64,000 nt of DNA from a bacterium (GTDB lineage: Bacteria; Patescibacteriota; Andersenbacteria; UBA10190): contig JAUYKA010000008.1 in the NCBI GenBank assembly GCA_030698495.1, positions 14,895 through 78,894 on the forward strand, given 5' to 3'. The notes beneath the pieces are model-generated. The model saw only the letters and a list, made by a program, of their open reading frames with translations, was not told the origin of the DNA and searched no databases. Below, in pieces: positions 21,099 to 30,456 of this stretch (its first letter is position 1; every line of letters begins with the position of its first letter). The translations under genes and the position numbers were made by a program.

Positions 21099-22904
21099 AT
21101 GGATATGTTTGTGCAGAAACCATACGTTCTGGCGGAAATTGCCGGGGCTCACGATGGCAGTGAAGAGCGATTATTTCAATTGATTGATGCTATTGGTGAA
21201 ACAGGAGCCCATGGAGTTAAATTCCAATTATTTCAAGCCGAAGGGCTGGCCACACAAGATCATCCACAGTATGCAATATGGCAGCGCCTTTCCTTTACAA
21301 CAGATATATGGCTTAGGGCTATGGACAAGGCGCGAGGCCTCGGGTTGAATGTGTGGATCGATGTCTTTGATGACTGGGCGCAGGATTTTTGTCTAAAGCA
21401 CGAGAAAAAAATATATGGGTATAAGTTTCATGCAACAAAGGTATTTGACCCGAGAGTTCCCCGTGTTTTTTACGGGAGTAAGAAGCATATCCTTATTGGC
21501 ATAAGCGGTTATGAAGACAGCGAGGTGCATAAACTTGTAAATTTATACTCCAGGTTACGACACGCCTCAATAATTCTCGAACATGGTTTTCAGCAATACC
21601 CCACGCCTTTAAAGGAAGCCAGTCTGGCGCGCATTCGACACTTAAAAGATAGTTTTATGTTACCGGTTGCGTTTGCCGACCATACTAAAGGGGGCTCAAG
21701 GGAAGCCATGATGATTCCGGAATATGCTTATATGGTCGGTGCCTCTTTGATTGAAAAACATGTTTGTCTTTCCCGAGCCACTACGAAGTATGATTATCAT
21801 TCTTCGCTGGAACCGGGGGAATTAAAGAGAATGGTTGAGCGGCTACGTGTTTGTAATGATGTATTGGGTGAGGATACGCCCACTATTGCACAAATTGAAA
21901 ACACGAAACAAGTTGTAGTAAAACCGGTGTTAAAAAGAAGTATAAAAAAAGGGGTTGTGGTGGGCGAGAAAGATGTGACTTATCTTCGTTCCCCTAATCG
22001 TAACGCTTTAACTGCTGAACGGTTTCAATCTCTTTTTCCGGCAGTTACCGACATGGATCTGGTTGCGGGGCGTGTTATTGAGGGAAGAGATGTACATCGT
22101 CCTCGTGTTATTGCGGTTGTGCCTTGTCGAATGAAATCCACTCGTTTACCCAAGAAGGCTCTATTAGAAATAGGCGGAATGCCTTCTGTTAAACGAGCAT
22201 TGATAAACATAAAGACTTTTCCGGTGAGCCAGGTTGTGTTGGCAACTTCTATTAATGGCGAAAATGATGAGCTGGTGGAGTATGCCAAGGAATTAGATGT
22301 CTCGGTAGTGAGAGGACCAGAGGATGATGTGTTAGAGAGAATTATTTTAGCAGTCAATAAGTATCAGGCAGAGTATGTAATTCGTTGTCCGGCTGATTCC
22401 ATTTTTGCAAGCGGTGACATTATGCGTTTTCTGATCGAGCGGCATATTACATCCGGATATGATTTGACGACTCCCGCTCAACCATATTCTATTGGCACGG
22501 CGGGGGAAGTGTATACCGTCGAAGCGCTTTATAAATTACGCAAATTACTTTTTAAAACCGAGTATAGTGAATACTTGCCGATGTATTTTACTAATAATCC
22601 GTCTATTTTTACCGCACAGCGGGTTCTTCTTCCTGAACAATTTCGTAATGATCAATGGAGATTAACTCTAGATGAAGAAAGAGACTTGGAATTATTTCGT
22701 AAAATTTATGATTACCTTAAACCCGGCCACAATCCTGTTTTCTATGAGCAGGTTGCCGAGTTTTTTGCCGCCTATCCGGGTGCGGAGAAGATTAACGCGG
22801 GAGTTTCTACTAAATGGTGTGATGACTATGAATTAGTAAGAAAAATTACAGAGAAAACTACTATTTCAAAAAAAGTTATATTAACGAATCGGGCAGTTGT
22901 TTGA
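21099..22904 (+). CDS. Bifunctional fusion: an N-terminal NeuB/SpsE-like nonulosonic-acid synthase domain (TIM barrel plus SAF-like) and a C-terminal SpsF/NeuA-like cytidylyltransferase domain.
   Basis: The N-terminus has VLAEIAGAHDGS...HGVKFQLF...AFADHT...IEKHVCLS, which is NeuB-like with a variant NHNG. The C-terminus has IAVVPCRMKSTRLPKKALLEI...VLATS...VVRG, the cytidylyltransferase signature. Confidence 0.7.
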   Translation: MDMFVQKPYVLAEIAGAHDGSEERLFQLIDAIGETGAHGVKFQLFQAEGLATQDHPQYAIWQRLSFTTDIWLRAMDKARGLGLNVWIDVFDDWAQDFCLKHEKKIYGYKFHATKVFDPRVPRVFYGSKKHILIGISGYEDSEVHKLVNLYSRLRHASIILEHGFQQYPTPLKEASLARIRHLKDSFMLPVAFADHTKGGSREAMMIPEYAYMVGASLIEKHVCLSRATTKYDYHSSLEPGELKRMVERLRVCNDVLGEDTPTIAQIENTKQVVVKPVLKRSIKKGVVVGEKDVTYLRSPNRNALTAERFQSLFPAVTDMDLVAGRVIEGRDVHRPRVIAVVPCRMKSTRLPKKALLEIGGMPSVKRALINIKTFPVSQVVLATSINGENDELVEYAKELDVSVVRGPEDDVLERIILAVNKYQAEYVIRCPADSIFASGDIMRFLIERHITSGYDLTTPAQPYSIGTAGEVYTVEALYKLRKLLFKTEYSEYLPMYFTNNPSIFTAQRVLLPEQFRNDQWRLTLDEERDLELFRKIYDYLKPGHNPVFYEQVAEFFAAYPGAEKINAGVSTKWCDDYELVRKITEKTTISKKVILTNRAVV

Positions 22905-23562
22905 AATTGCTATGCAGCACATGAATAATAGAAACAATACTTATCTAACCAAAAGCGAAGAAAGTCGTTTACGGTTATTGGAGAAAAATTCTCATGAATA
23001 TCTAGAACAACTGCAGGACAGTGCTCTTAAGTGGTCGTGGAGAGGGTGGATACCGCGGGCGCTGGGGAGATCTAAGTATTCCTTGTGGGCATGGCAAACA
23101 CGAGTTCCTCTGGCGCATCGTTGGTCCTTAATTCTTCAGCAATGTGAAGAATTAAGGACTTTTTTGATCCAGTCGGATTCATGGGAAAAAGCGCGATGTA
23201 TGAATGTGCTTGATTTGGGATGTGGTTTTGGCATGTATTGGCCAATATTGAGGGAATATGGATTCCGTAAGTTTGTGGGAATAGATTTATTCGATATGAG
23301 GGGGAGGCAGCAATATTTTAAAGCGGCGAGAAAATATATTGGAAAATTTTGTTCGGACTGTGAAACTCAATTAATTATGGACGATGTTCGAAATCTAGAT
23401 AAACATAAACTGCTGGCTGATAAGTTTGATATAATTTTAAATATAGCAACTACCTCCACAAAACTTAGATCCACCGGTATTCCCCACGATATTCTAGAGA
23501 GTGTCGGGAAAAAACATGGGGCAGAAAATTGCCTTATAGTCGACGTTGCCAAGGCCCATTAA
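22897..23562 (+). CDS. Class I SAM-dependent methyltransferase.
   Basis: It has VLDLGCGFGMYW (motif I), FDIILNI and a post-I acidic residue. Confidence 0.6.
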   Translation: MFEIAMQHMNNRNNTYLTKSEESRLRLLEKNSHEYLEQLQDSALKWSWRGWIPRALGRSKYSLWAWQTRVPLAHRWSLILQQCEELRTFLIQSDSWEKARCMNVLDLGCGFGMYWPILREYGFRKFVGIDLFDMRGRQQYFKAARKYIGKFCSDCETQLIMDDVRNLDKHKLLADKFDIILNIATTSTKLRSTGIPHDILESVGKKHGAENCLIVDVAKAH

Positions 23563-24636
23563 TTGCATGTTATGACACACACTTATGTGATAGGTGAAAT
23601 AGGGCAGAACCATAATGGTTCTGTGGGTCTGGCAAAACGCATCATTGATATAGCGTCTATGCCGGTTATTGACAATAATGGCCGTGAGTACAAGGCAATG
23701 GATGCGATCAAGCTGCAAAAAAGGGACCTACGTGAAGAGATGACTGCTTCAGAGAGGCTAAAAGCGTATGATAGTACAAATTCTTTTGGTAGAACATACG
23801 GAGAGCACAGAGCGTATTTAGAATTAAGCAACGAGCAGCATGCGGAGCTTTATTACTACGCTAAAAATAGAGGGCTGGAGGTGGTGGAAACCATTTGCAG
23901 TGTGGGAGCGCTGGAGCTGCTTGATTTTTTTAAACCAGATAAATTAAAAGTTGCTTCAAGGGATCTGACTAATTTGCCATTGGTTGAGGCGATGGCAAGA
24001 ACTAAAATACCCCTTATTCTTTCGACGGGGATGTCGGGAATTGAAGATTTGGCAGAAGCTTTAAAAATTGTCAGTGCGTATCAATCCAGAATTACTATTT
24101 TGCATTGTCTTTCCCAGTATCCGGCGGATTATAAAAATATAAATTTGCATACCATTACATATCTTCGCCGGGAATATCCTCAACATATTATCGGTTACTC
24201 TGACCATAGTGAAGGCATTATGATTCCAGTTGCGGCGGTGTCTTTGGGCGCTCAAGTTATTGAAAAGCATTTAACATTGAATCGTGCAATGAAAGGATCT
24301 GATCATCGGGGGGCCTTGGCCCCTGATGGTGTTTTTCGGATGATGCGCGATATACGACATTTGGAGTTGGCTCTAGGAGAGCCAATAATGGAAGCTCATC
24401 CTGCAACTACCATCGCAAGGGATAAACTGGAAAGGTCAGTTGCTGCCAGAAGAGACCTGATGATTGGAGAGATTATAACAGAGGAAGATATCCATTTGCT
24501 TAGTCCGGGGATGGGGTTGAAATGGAGAGATAGAGGAAAGATTCTAGGACGCAAAGTCAAGCAGGTTGTCAAAAAAGATGAGCTGATACTATTGGAAGAT
24601 TGCACGCAGGAGACCGTGCTGCAAAAAGTAGCCTAA
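23563..24636 (+). CDS. NeuB-family nonulosonic acid synthase (N-acetylneuraminate / legionaminate / Kdn-type).
   Basis: VIGEIGQNHNGS, PLILSTGMSG, ILHCLSQYP, IGYSDHSEG and VIEKHLTLNRAMKGSDH align with NeuB catalytic motifs. A C-terminal SAF domain follows. Confidence 0.85.
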   Translation: MHVMTHTYVIGEIGQNHNGSVGLAKRIIDIASMPVIDNNGREYKAMDAIKLQKRDLREEMTASERLKAYDSTNSFGRTYGEHRAYLELSNEQHAELYYYAKNRGLEVVETICSVGALELLDFFKPDKLKVASRDLTNLPLVEAMARTKIPLILSTGMSGIEDLAEALKIVSAYQSRITILHCLSQYPADYKNINLHTITYLRREYPQHIIGYSDHSEGIMIPVAAVSLGAQVIEKHLTLNRAMKGSDHRGALAPDGVFRMMRDIRHLELALGEPIMEAHPATTIARDKLERSVAARRDLMIGEIITEEDIHLLSPGMGLKWRDRGKILGRKVKQVVKKDELILLEDCTQETVLQKVA

Positions 24637-24643
24637 ATTAGCC

Positions 24644-25207
24644 CTATATCGTTTTGGCGATCAGTAGTAATTCTAGTATTTCTCTGACGGCGCCGTCCCC
24701 GCCTGAAGATTTAGTAATGTACCCTTTTGTTTTTTGGACAAAATCAATGACTGGCGGGTAAGAATCTTTTACGGCAATGGGCAATCCAACTGCCCGGAGA
24801 CAGTCAAGGTCATTTAAATCATTGCCAACATATATTGTATTTTTCAAAGAGATTTTTCTTGATTTAGTCTGTTTTTGTAACTCAATTAATTTATTGGTGA
24901 CGCCGTGATATGCTTTAATTTTTAATTTGTTGGCACGAGAGACGACGATGTTGTTTGCTTCTGCGGATATGATTATAAATTTAAGACCCAGGGCGACTAA
25001 TTCTTTATAACCAAAAAAGTCACTGCGATCACATTGAACATACTCTAACCCCTCTCGATCTATTAATACTTTATTATTGGTGATTACTCCATCGAAATCT
25101 AAAACAACAAGCTTACAATTGCTAAGTATTTCTTTAGTTTTCTTGGGTAATCTATCAAATCTATTTTTAGCCTCTTTATTTTTGATGATGATATTGACGT
25201 AGTTCAT
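24644..25207 (-). CDS. HAD-superfamily KdsC/YrbI-family phosphatase (Kdo-8-P or nonulosonate-9-P phosphatase type).
   Basis: LVVLDFDGVITNN (DxD motif I), YVGNDLNDL and GDGAVREI are the classic KdsC family motifs. Confidence 0.85.
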   Translation of the reverse strand: MNYVNIIIKNKEAKNRFDRLPKKTKEILSNCKLVVLDFDGVITNNKVLIDREGLEYVQCDRSDFFGYKELVALGLKFIIISAEANNIVVSRANKLKIKAYHGVTNKLIELQKQTKSRKISLKNTIYVGNDLNDLDCLRAVGLPIAVKDSYPPVIDFVQKTKGYITKSSGGDGAVREILELLLIAKTI

Positions 25208-25219
25208 ATTAATGTCTCT

Positions 25220-26131
25220 CTATTTCTTACGGCAAACTACACGCTTAACACTACTGCCGTTCATTGTAATTTTGCCTTCTATAGCACGAAAATTATTTTT
25301 GATGAACTTGAGTACCTCCAAGCGCTGGTTGGTTGATCCGATAGTATCAAGGCCATCGCCGTCAGAGCTAATATAGTCGAAGATAAAGTAACCACCTGTT
25401 TGCAGCTGCCGGTGCAGATGCCGGACTATTGACAGCGGGCGGGGGAGATGCTCAAGAACAGTCAAACAAGTAATAACATCATAAGTATTTTTTAGAGGAG
25501 CGGTGTCAATGGGATCAAGGGTTTTTATCTCCACATTTTTATAGTTTTGCAGTTTCCAGCGAGCGAAGTGAAGCAGTATGTTTGGTATATCTGTTCCGGT
25601 TAATTTTAAATTAAGTTCGGGATAATAGCGGGCTAGGTTTTGTGTGATCGGCGCAAGTCCGCAGCCATACTCGCAAACAGAATCTCTTTTTTTGATATAT
25701 TTGCGAATACTCCAGACAGAGATCGGGTGGAGAGCCAGTTTGTATTGATAGGCAAAAATAAGGTAGGTTGTGGCGGGGTCCTGCCATGTCGATAAAAAGG
25801 ATTCCCTGTTTTGTTCTTGGTTAGCGGCTATTCTAACGAACTGAAATTTTGATCTATAGAGTCCATAAAGGTAGAAAAAATCAGGAAGAGACAATCGGCA
25901 TAATTGAAGTTCGTATTTCCAATAGTTTTGAAATTCATTAAACCACCCCAGCACCAGATTGGCATATACCATTCTTTTCCATATCCCGCTGATTTGTAAC
26001 GCTGCCAAACTCCAAAATTGTATTTTTCTGGTTAGCATTAGACCCGGCTTTTGGGTGCTTTGGGATCTTGGCGGAGAGGATAATAACCTATTAATATCCA
26101 ATTCTACTAGGTCGTAGTGGTTTTTAAGCAT
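25220..26131 (-). CDS. Class I SAM-dependent methyltransferase.
   Basis: It has VCEYGCGLAP, YDVITCLTVLEHLP and TGGYFIFD. Confidence 0.6.
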   Translation of the reverse strand: MLKNHYDLVELDINRLLSSPPRSQSTQKPGLMLTRKIQFWSLAALQISGIWKRMVYANLVLGWFNEFQNYWKYELQLCRLSLPDFFYLYGLYRSKFQFVRIAANQEQNRESFLSTWQDPATTYLIFAYQYKLALHPISVWSIRKYIKKRDSVCEYGCGLAPITQNLARYYPELNLKLTGTDIPNILLHFARWKLQNYKNVEIKTLDPIDTAPLKNTYDVITCLTVLEHLPRPLSIVRHLHRQLQTGGYFIFDYISSDGDGLDTIGSTNQRLEVLKFIKNNFRAIEGKITMNGSSVKRVVCRKK

Positions 26132-26170
26132 ATTTTGAGTCTACTGCCAAAATATGTACGATGAAAGGAT

Positions 26171-26845
26171 ATGGCAGGATACACATCAAAATTAGGCTAT
26201 TGGTGGTCAGCTACTTATCGTCGTAAGGCTCTGGATAGGTTGCAGTCTCAATATGCCGGCTATTATAGGGGGGTGGTGATTGATATCGGCGGACGTGATC
26301 GCGGGCGTTTTAATAAACCCAAGAAAAAGGTTGATAGGTGGGTTTTCGCCGATATAGAAGTGGGCCATAAACCGGATATTGTTTTAGATGTGATGGATAT
26401 GCAGGGTGTAGAAAGCGGGAGCGTGGATGTGGTTAATGCTATCGAGTTGTTTGAACACGTTGCAGATCCCAGGAAGGGGTTAGGTGAATGTTGGCGAGTA
26501 TTAAAGCCCAGGGGTGTTTTGGCGGTTTCTACTCCTTTTTTGTATCCCATTCATGGCGATCCGCACGACTATCAGCGCTGGACAGAAAAGCAGTGGCGAG
26601 TGTCTCTAGAATTGGCAGGTTTCAAAGTTGTACATTGTAATATTATGGGCAGATACTTTTTTGTATTGGCTGACATACTTAAAGATGGTTTGAAACAGCT
26701 ACCGGGTCTTTTGAAGTGGTTGGGCATTCCTTTAATGTTGCTGTTGGATTTGTTGACAGTTCTAGATAGGTCTGAACTTGTTCTTAAATCTAAGAAACTT
26801 AGTCAATACCATGGAGGATATTTTATAGTTGCTAAAAAAACATAA
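26171..26845 (+). CDS. Class I SAM-dependent methyltransferase (Methyltransf_11-like).
   Basis: It has VVIDIGGRD, VDVVNAIELFEHV and LKPRGVLAVST. Confidence 0.7.
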   Translation: MAGYTSKLGYWWSATYRRKALDRLQSQYAGYYRGVVIDIGGRDRGRFNKPKKKVDRWVFADIEVGHKPDIVLDVMDMQGVESGSVDVVNAIELFEHVADPRKGLGECWRVLKPRGVLAVSTPFLYPIHGDPHDYQRWTEKQWRVSLELAGFKVVHCNIMGRYFFVLADILKDGLKQLPGLLKWLGIPLMLLLDLLTVLDRSELVLKSKKLSQYHGGYFIVAKKT

Positions 26846-27732
26846 TGGCAGGACATGAAATTATAATCCAGGGATCTTCGTATCAGATTGATCTTTTGCA
26901 GAAATATAACGAGGATAGCAGTGTGCCAAGGTTGGTTATTATTAGTTACCTGCCGAATAAAGAGGCGCAGAGAATATTGCAGACAGCCTTGCGAGCGATT
27001 GAGGTTTTCACGCCCGGGAAGAAAGAAGTGTGGGTAATAGATAACGCGTCTCCTGATGAGGCGGTTCGGTGGCTGCAGAAGCAAGAGAATATAAATATTG
27101 TTTTGAATAAGACTGTCCCCGTATTACCTTGGGGTTTTTTGCGCCGGTTACCTTATTTTAAAAAAAGAATGAGTTCGGGCAGTTTTGCCAATGCTGTGGG
27201 TCTAGAGATAGCTAGTAAACTTATTGACCCCAACTCGAAATATTTTATGTCCCTGCACATGGACGTTATGCCGACTAGGATAGGGTGGCTGAGTTTTATG
27301 TTGTCTAAGTTGAATGACCGAGTGAAGGCAGCCGGAGTGCGTCTTGATAAGGCCCGTTCCCCTGAAGGGGTTTTGCATATTCTGGGATGTCTTTTTGATT
27401 GGCAGTTGTTCCAACAACTCAACGTATCTTTTTTGCCGGCATTACCGGAATTTGATGTAGGGGATAAAATAACAACGGAGTTTAGAGCTGCTGGCTATGG
27501 CGTTTATGCTTGTCCTAATACAATATGGAATCCAAGGCTGGCAGATGATTTGTCCGCGTCATCTCCTTTTAAAAATTTTAATGTTGACCGATCTTTTGAC
27601 GATGAGGGAGATGTTATTTTTTTACATCTGGGAAGGGGAATAAAAAAATCATCTTCTAATCGCAGCAGCTCTTATAAGGTTGATGCAGAAAAGTGGATTG
27701 AGTTTGGTGAGCAGCTTTTAAAAGATGGCTAG
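26845..27732 (+). CDS. Putative GT2-like (GT-A) glycosyltransferase.
   Basis: It has VWVIDNASPDEAV and a downstream HMDVMP acidic motif. The assignment is weak. Confidence 0.45.
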   Translation: MAGHEIIIQGSSYQIDLLQKYNEDSSVPRLVIISYLPNKEAQRILQTALRAIEVFTPGKKEVWVIDNASPDEAVRWLQKQENINIVLNKTVPVLPWGFLRRLPYFKKRMSSGSFANAVGLEIASKLIDPNSKYFMSLHMDVMPTRIGWLSFMLSKLNDRVKAAGVRLDKARSPEGVLHILGCLFDWQLFQQLNVSFLPALPEFDVGDKITTEFRAAGYGVYACPNTIWNPRLADDLSASSPFKNFNVDRSFDDEGDVIFLHLGRGIKKSSSNRSSSYKVDAEKWIEFGEQLLKDG

Positions 27733-27734
27733 GA

Positions 27735-28718
27735 TCAAAGAAAAATTTTACTTAGCTGGTACAGGCGATATTTTAGCAATAATTTTTTTTGGACGAGCTT
27801 GGGTGGCGTCAGATGTTTTTGTTTGGTTGTTTGATTAGCAAATGACAAATAATCTTGAGAGACTTTTTGTATGGAATGGTCTGCTTTTTTATAGATATTT
27901 TTATCTAAGTTTTTGGATACTCTATTAATAATTTCCAAAATATCTTTCTGTCCCTTGAATAGTTCTCCTTGCGATCCGATTAGTTCTGGGTGTCCTCCGC
28001 TATTCAATGCAATGGCCGGAAGACCGCAAGAAAGTGCCTCTATCAGTGAATTTGAGCAGGGATCATTTTTTGAAGCAGTAATATACATATCGTGTTGTCG
28101 CAGAATATTAGCTAGTTCGTTAGAGTGAAGAGGTTTAATAATCTTAATATTTTTGAAGTCTACTGTTGTGTTGCCAACAAAAGTCATGTCGTATTTGCTG
28201 AAATCTAGATTATTGTCTAAATATTGATATATTTGAAATCCTTTTCTGGGATTGCCCGACCAGGAAGTGGTAATGATTTTTATTTTATGGTTGCTATGAT
28301 GATTGTTGCTTGGGAAGAATATTCTAGAATCAGCGGCATTGCTAATGATTGTGCTGTTTTGGTGGGTGATATTAAAAATCTTCTCATTTTCTTTCTTGGA
28401 CCACTTTGACTGAAAAACTATTCCGTCTGCATATAATGTAATGAATTCTTTTATCAAATAATCGATATATTTATCCTTACCTCTTACTAAAGATATGGGG
28501 CCGTCTATTCGCGCAATGACTGGTTTTTGGTTGTTGGCGATCTTATTGATTAGTTCTGGTATTGCCGTTGGGTTAACGTTGGCTATCAGGCAATCTGCTG
28601 CTTGGTGGGTGTCAGAATATGCATTTTGGTTTTCTAACTCTTTTTTTAGTGCTTTGAGAAATTGATTTCCCCCACCATAAGGACCGTCAATCAAAGAGTT
28701 TAATATGTGGAACTTCAT
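27735..28718 (-). CDS. GT4-family (GT-B) glycosyltransferase.
   Basis: The C-terminus has ITASKNDPCSNSLIEALSCGLPAIALNSGGHPELI, the E-x7-E-like GT4 motif. Confidence 0.75.
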   Translation of the reverse strand: MKFHILNSLIDGPYGGGNQFLKALKKELENQNAYSDTHQAADCLIANVNPTAIPELINKIANNQKPVIARIDGPISLVRGKDKYIDYLIKEFITLYADGIVFQSKWSKKENEKIFNITHQNSTIISNAADSRIFFPSNNHHSNHKIKIITTSWSGNPRKGFQIYQYLDNNLDFSKYDMTFVGNTTVDFKNIKIIKPLHSNELANILRQHDMYITASKNDPCSNSLIEALSCGLPAIALNSGGHPELIGSQGELFKGQKDILEIINRVSKNLDKNIYKKADHSIQKVSQDYLSFANQTTKQKHLTPPKLVQKKLLLKYRLYQLSKIFL

Positions 28719-29818
28719 GTGTGTTGTTTGAGGAGGGGTTTATATAGTTCGTTATAGTATCTTTGGGCAATAAGAGGCCAGTCAAATTTTTTAGCTTGAG
28801 TATAAGCTTGTTCCGTTAGCTGCTTATTTAGTTCTTTGCTGCTTATTAATGTGGATATTTTTTGTGACAGCGTCTTTACGTCCTCACTATTTGCCAATAG
28901 TGCTGTCTTTTTATCATTGGCTATATCTGGTACCATGCCCACTTCTGTACTGATTACCGGTATTTTACTGGCCCATGCTTCCAATAATGCCAGTGGGCCA
29001 CCCTCTTCTCGGGATGTTATCAGATAAGCGTCTAGCGCGGAGTAATAGGGAGCTACTTCGTTAATGTCTGGGAGATATCCAAGATGAGTAAAGGGGACGC
29101 CGGCTTTTTTAAGGTTGGTTTTTACATAGCCCCTCGCTGGACCAATTAGCAGTACGTGTAGGGGGTGGCTTTTGTTAACCTCTTTCACTGTTTTTATAAA
29201 GATGTCCGGACCCTTTTCTAGTTTTGGTTGCAGGCCGTCTTGCCAGCCGATACCGTCTTTTTGGAACGATCCAATAACGAAAGAATTTTTAGGAATGTTT
29301 AATTTTTGTCTAATGGAACTTTTTTTGCCACTGTCGGCTGGTTTAAAAGTTTGAAGGTCAACTCCTAAAGGAATTACCTTGACTTTATTTTCAGGAATGC
29401 CTTTGTCGATTATTTTCTTTTTGGTATTTTCGCAAGAAGTATGGATATAGAAAACTTGGTTGGAAATTCGTACTAAGAAGAAAGGGTTACTTTTTTGGGG
29501 CAGTAAGTGAAAGATGGAGAGGACATATTTATTATTGAGTGTTAATTTCTTGGGCTGTTTACCCCGGAAGATGGTGTGCAGTGAGCCAAAATGAACCAAG
29601 CTGTTTCGAAGAGCAAAGTTTGTAGATGTTATGGTTGCTTTTATATCAGTTGAAGTATTTATGTTTTTGATGACTTGAGATCCAACATACCTTATTGCCC
29701 ATGATTTTGCTTCGACAACGTAGGACAGATCTCTCGGACTAATAATGTTATTAGCGAGACTCTTGGCAATGAAAGTTTTACTTTTCCAGTTTCTGAACAA
29801 CTGCATATAGTTCCCCAA
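28715..29818 (-). CDS. GT4-family glycosyltransferase.
   Basis: ITSREEGGPLALLEAWASKIPVISTEVGMVPDI. Confidence 0.8.
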   Translation of the reverse strand: MGNYMQLFRNWKSKTFIAKSLANNIISPRDLSYVVEAKSWAIRYVGSQVIKNINTSTDIKATITSTNFALRNSLVHFGSLHTIFRGKQPKKLTLNNKYVLSIFHLLPQKSNPFFLVRISNQVFYIHTSCENTKKKIIDKGIPENKVKVIPLGVDLQTFKPADSGKKSSIRQKLNIPKNSFVIGSFQKDGIGWQDGLQPKLEKGPDIFIKTVKEVNKSHPLHVLLIGPARGYVKTNLKKAGVPFTHLGYLPDINEVAPYYSALDAYLITSREEGGPLALLEAWASKIPVISTEVGMVPDIANDKKTALLANSEDVKTLSQKISTLISSKELNKQLTEQAYTQAKKFDWPLIAQRYYNELYKPLLKQHT

Positions 29819-30452
29819 AATTTATATGATAATGTAGTATTTTTAGGTTGGCTTCTTTAATCTCTTTAAAGAAGGAATGTAGATCGTATTCAATGTAGTG
29901 GGTGTCGTCTAGACGATAGGCAAATCCTTCATTCTTTTTATAGACACTAATCCAATCTCTGGTAATCATTGGTACTCTTATAAGTATGCGGGGTGCTATG
30001 CCGGATAGTTTTTTTAGAAAATCGACTCGGTTTTTTATATGCTCTAAGACGTTGGATAAAATTATTACATCGAATTTCTGGTTAAAGCGGTAGGTGGTAG
30101 CGTCTCCTACTATATAGCTTAAGTTAGTTGGAGTTTTATTTTCATCGGCTAATTGTATGTTTTTATTTGAGATATCTATGCCGACAACTTCTTTAGCTTT
30201 TTGACTGACGCTTCTCGCGACTTCTCCTTTCCCGCAACCAATATCTAGTACTGTGTTGTTTGCATCTATATTATCCAAGAAGAATTTGTGATAATTGATA
30301 ATTGTGTGTTTGGGGTGGGTACCGCTACTTGAGGCAAAAAATGAGATGAGCTGATAGGAGGCGTTGTGTATTGTGACTAGCAACCTAGTAATAGGGCGAT
30401 TTAGGCGCGATTTCCTAAGAATTATTAGCAGATAGTGGATTATTTGGCGCAT
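29778..30452 (-). CDS. Class I SAM-dependent methyltransferase.
   Basis: It has VLDIGCGKGEV, VGIDIS and FDVIILSNVLEHI. Confidence 0.75.
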   Translation of the reverse strand: MRQIIHYLLIILRKSRLNRPITRLLVTIHNASYQLISFFASSSGTHPKHTIINYHKFFLDNIDANNTVLDIGCGKGEVARSVSQKAKEVVGIDISNKNIQLADENKTPTNLSYIVGDATTYRFNQKFDVIILSNVLEHIKNRVDFLKKLSGIAPRILIRVPMITRDWISVYKKNEGFAYRLDDTHYIEYDLHSFFKEIKEANLKILHYHINFGELYAVVQKLEK

Positions 30453-30456
30453 CAGA

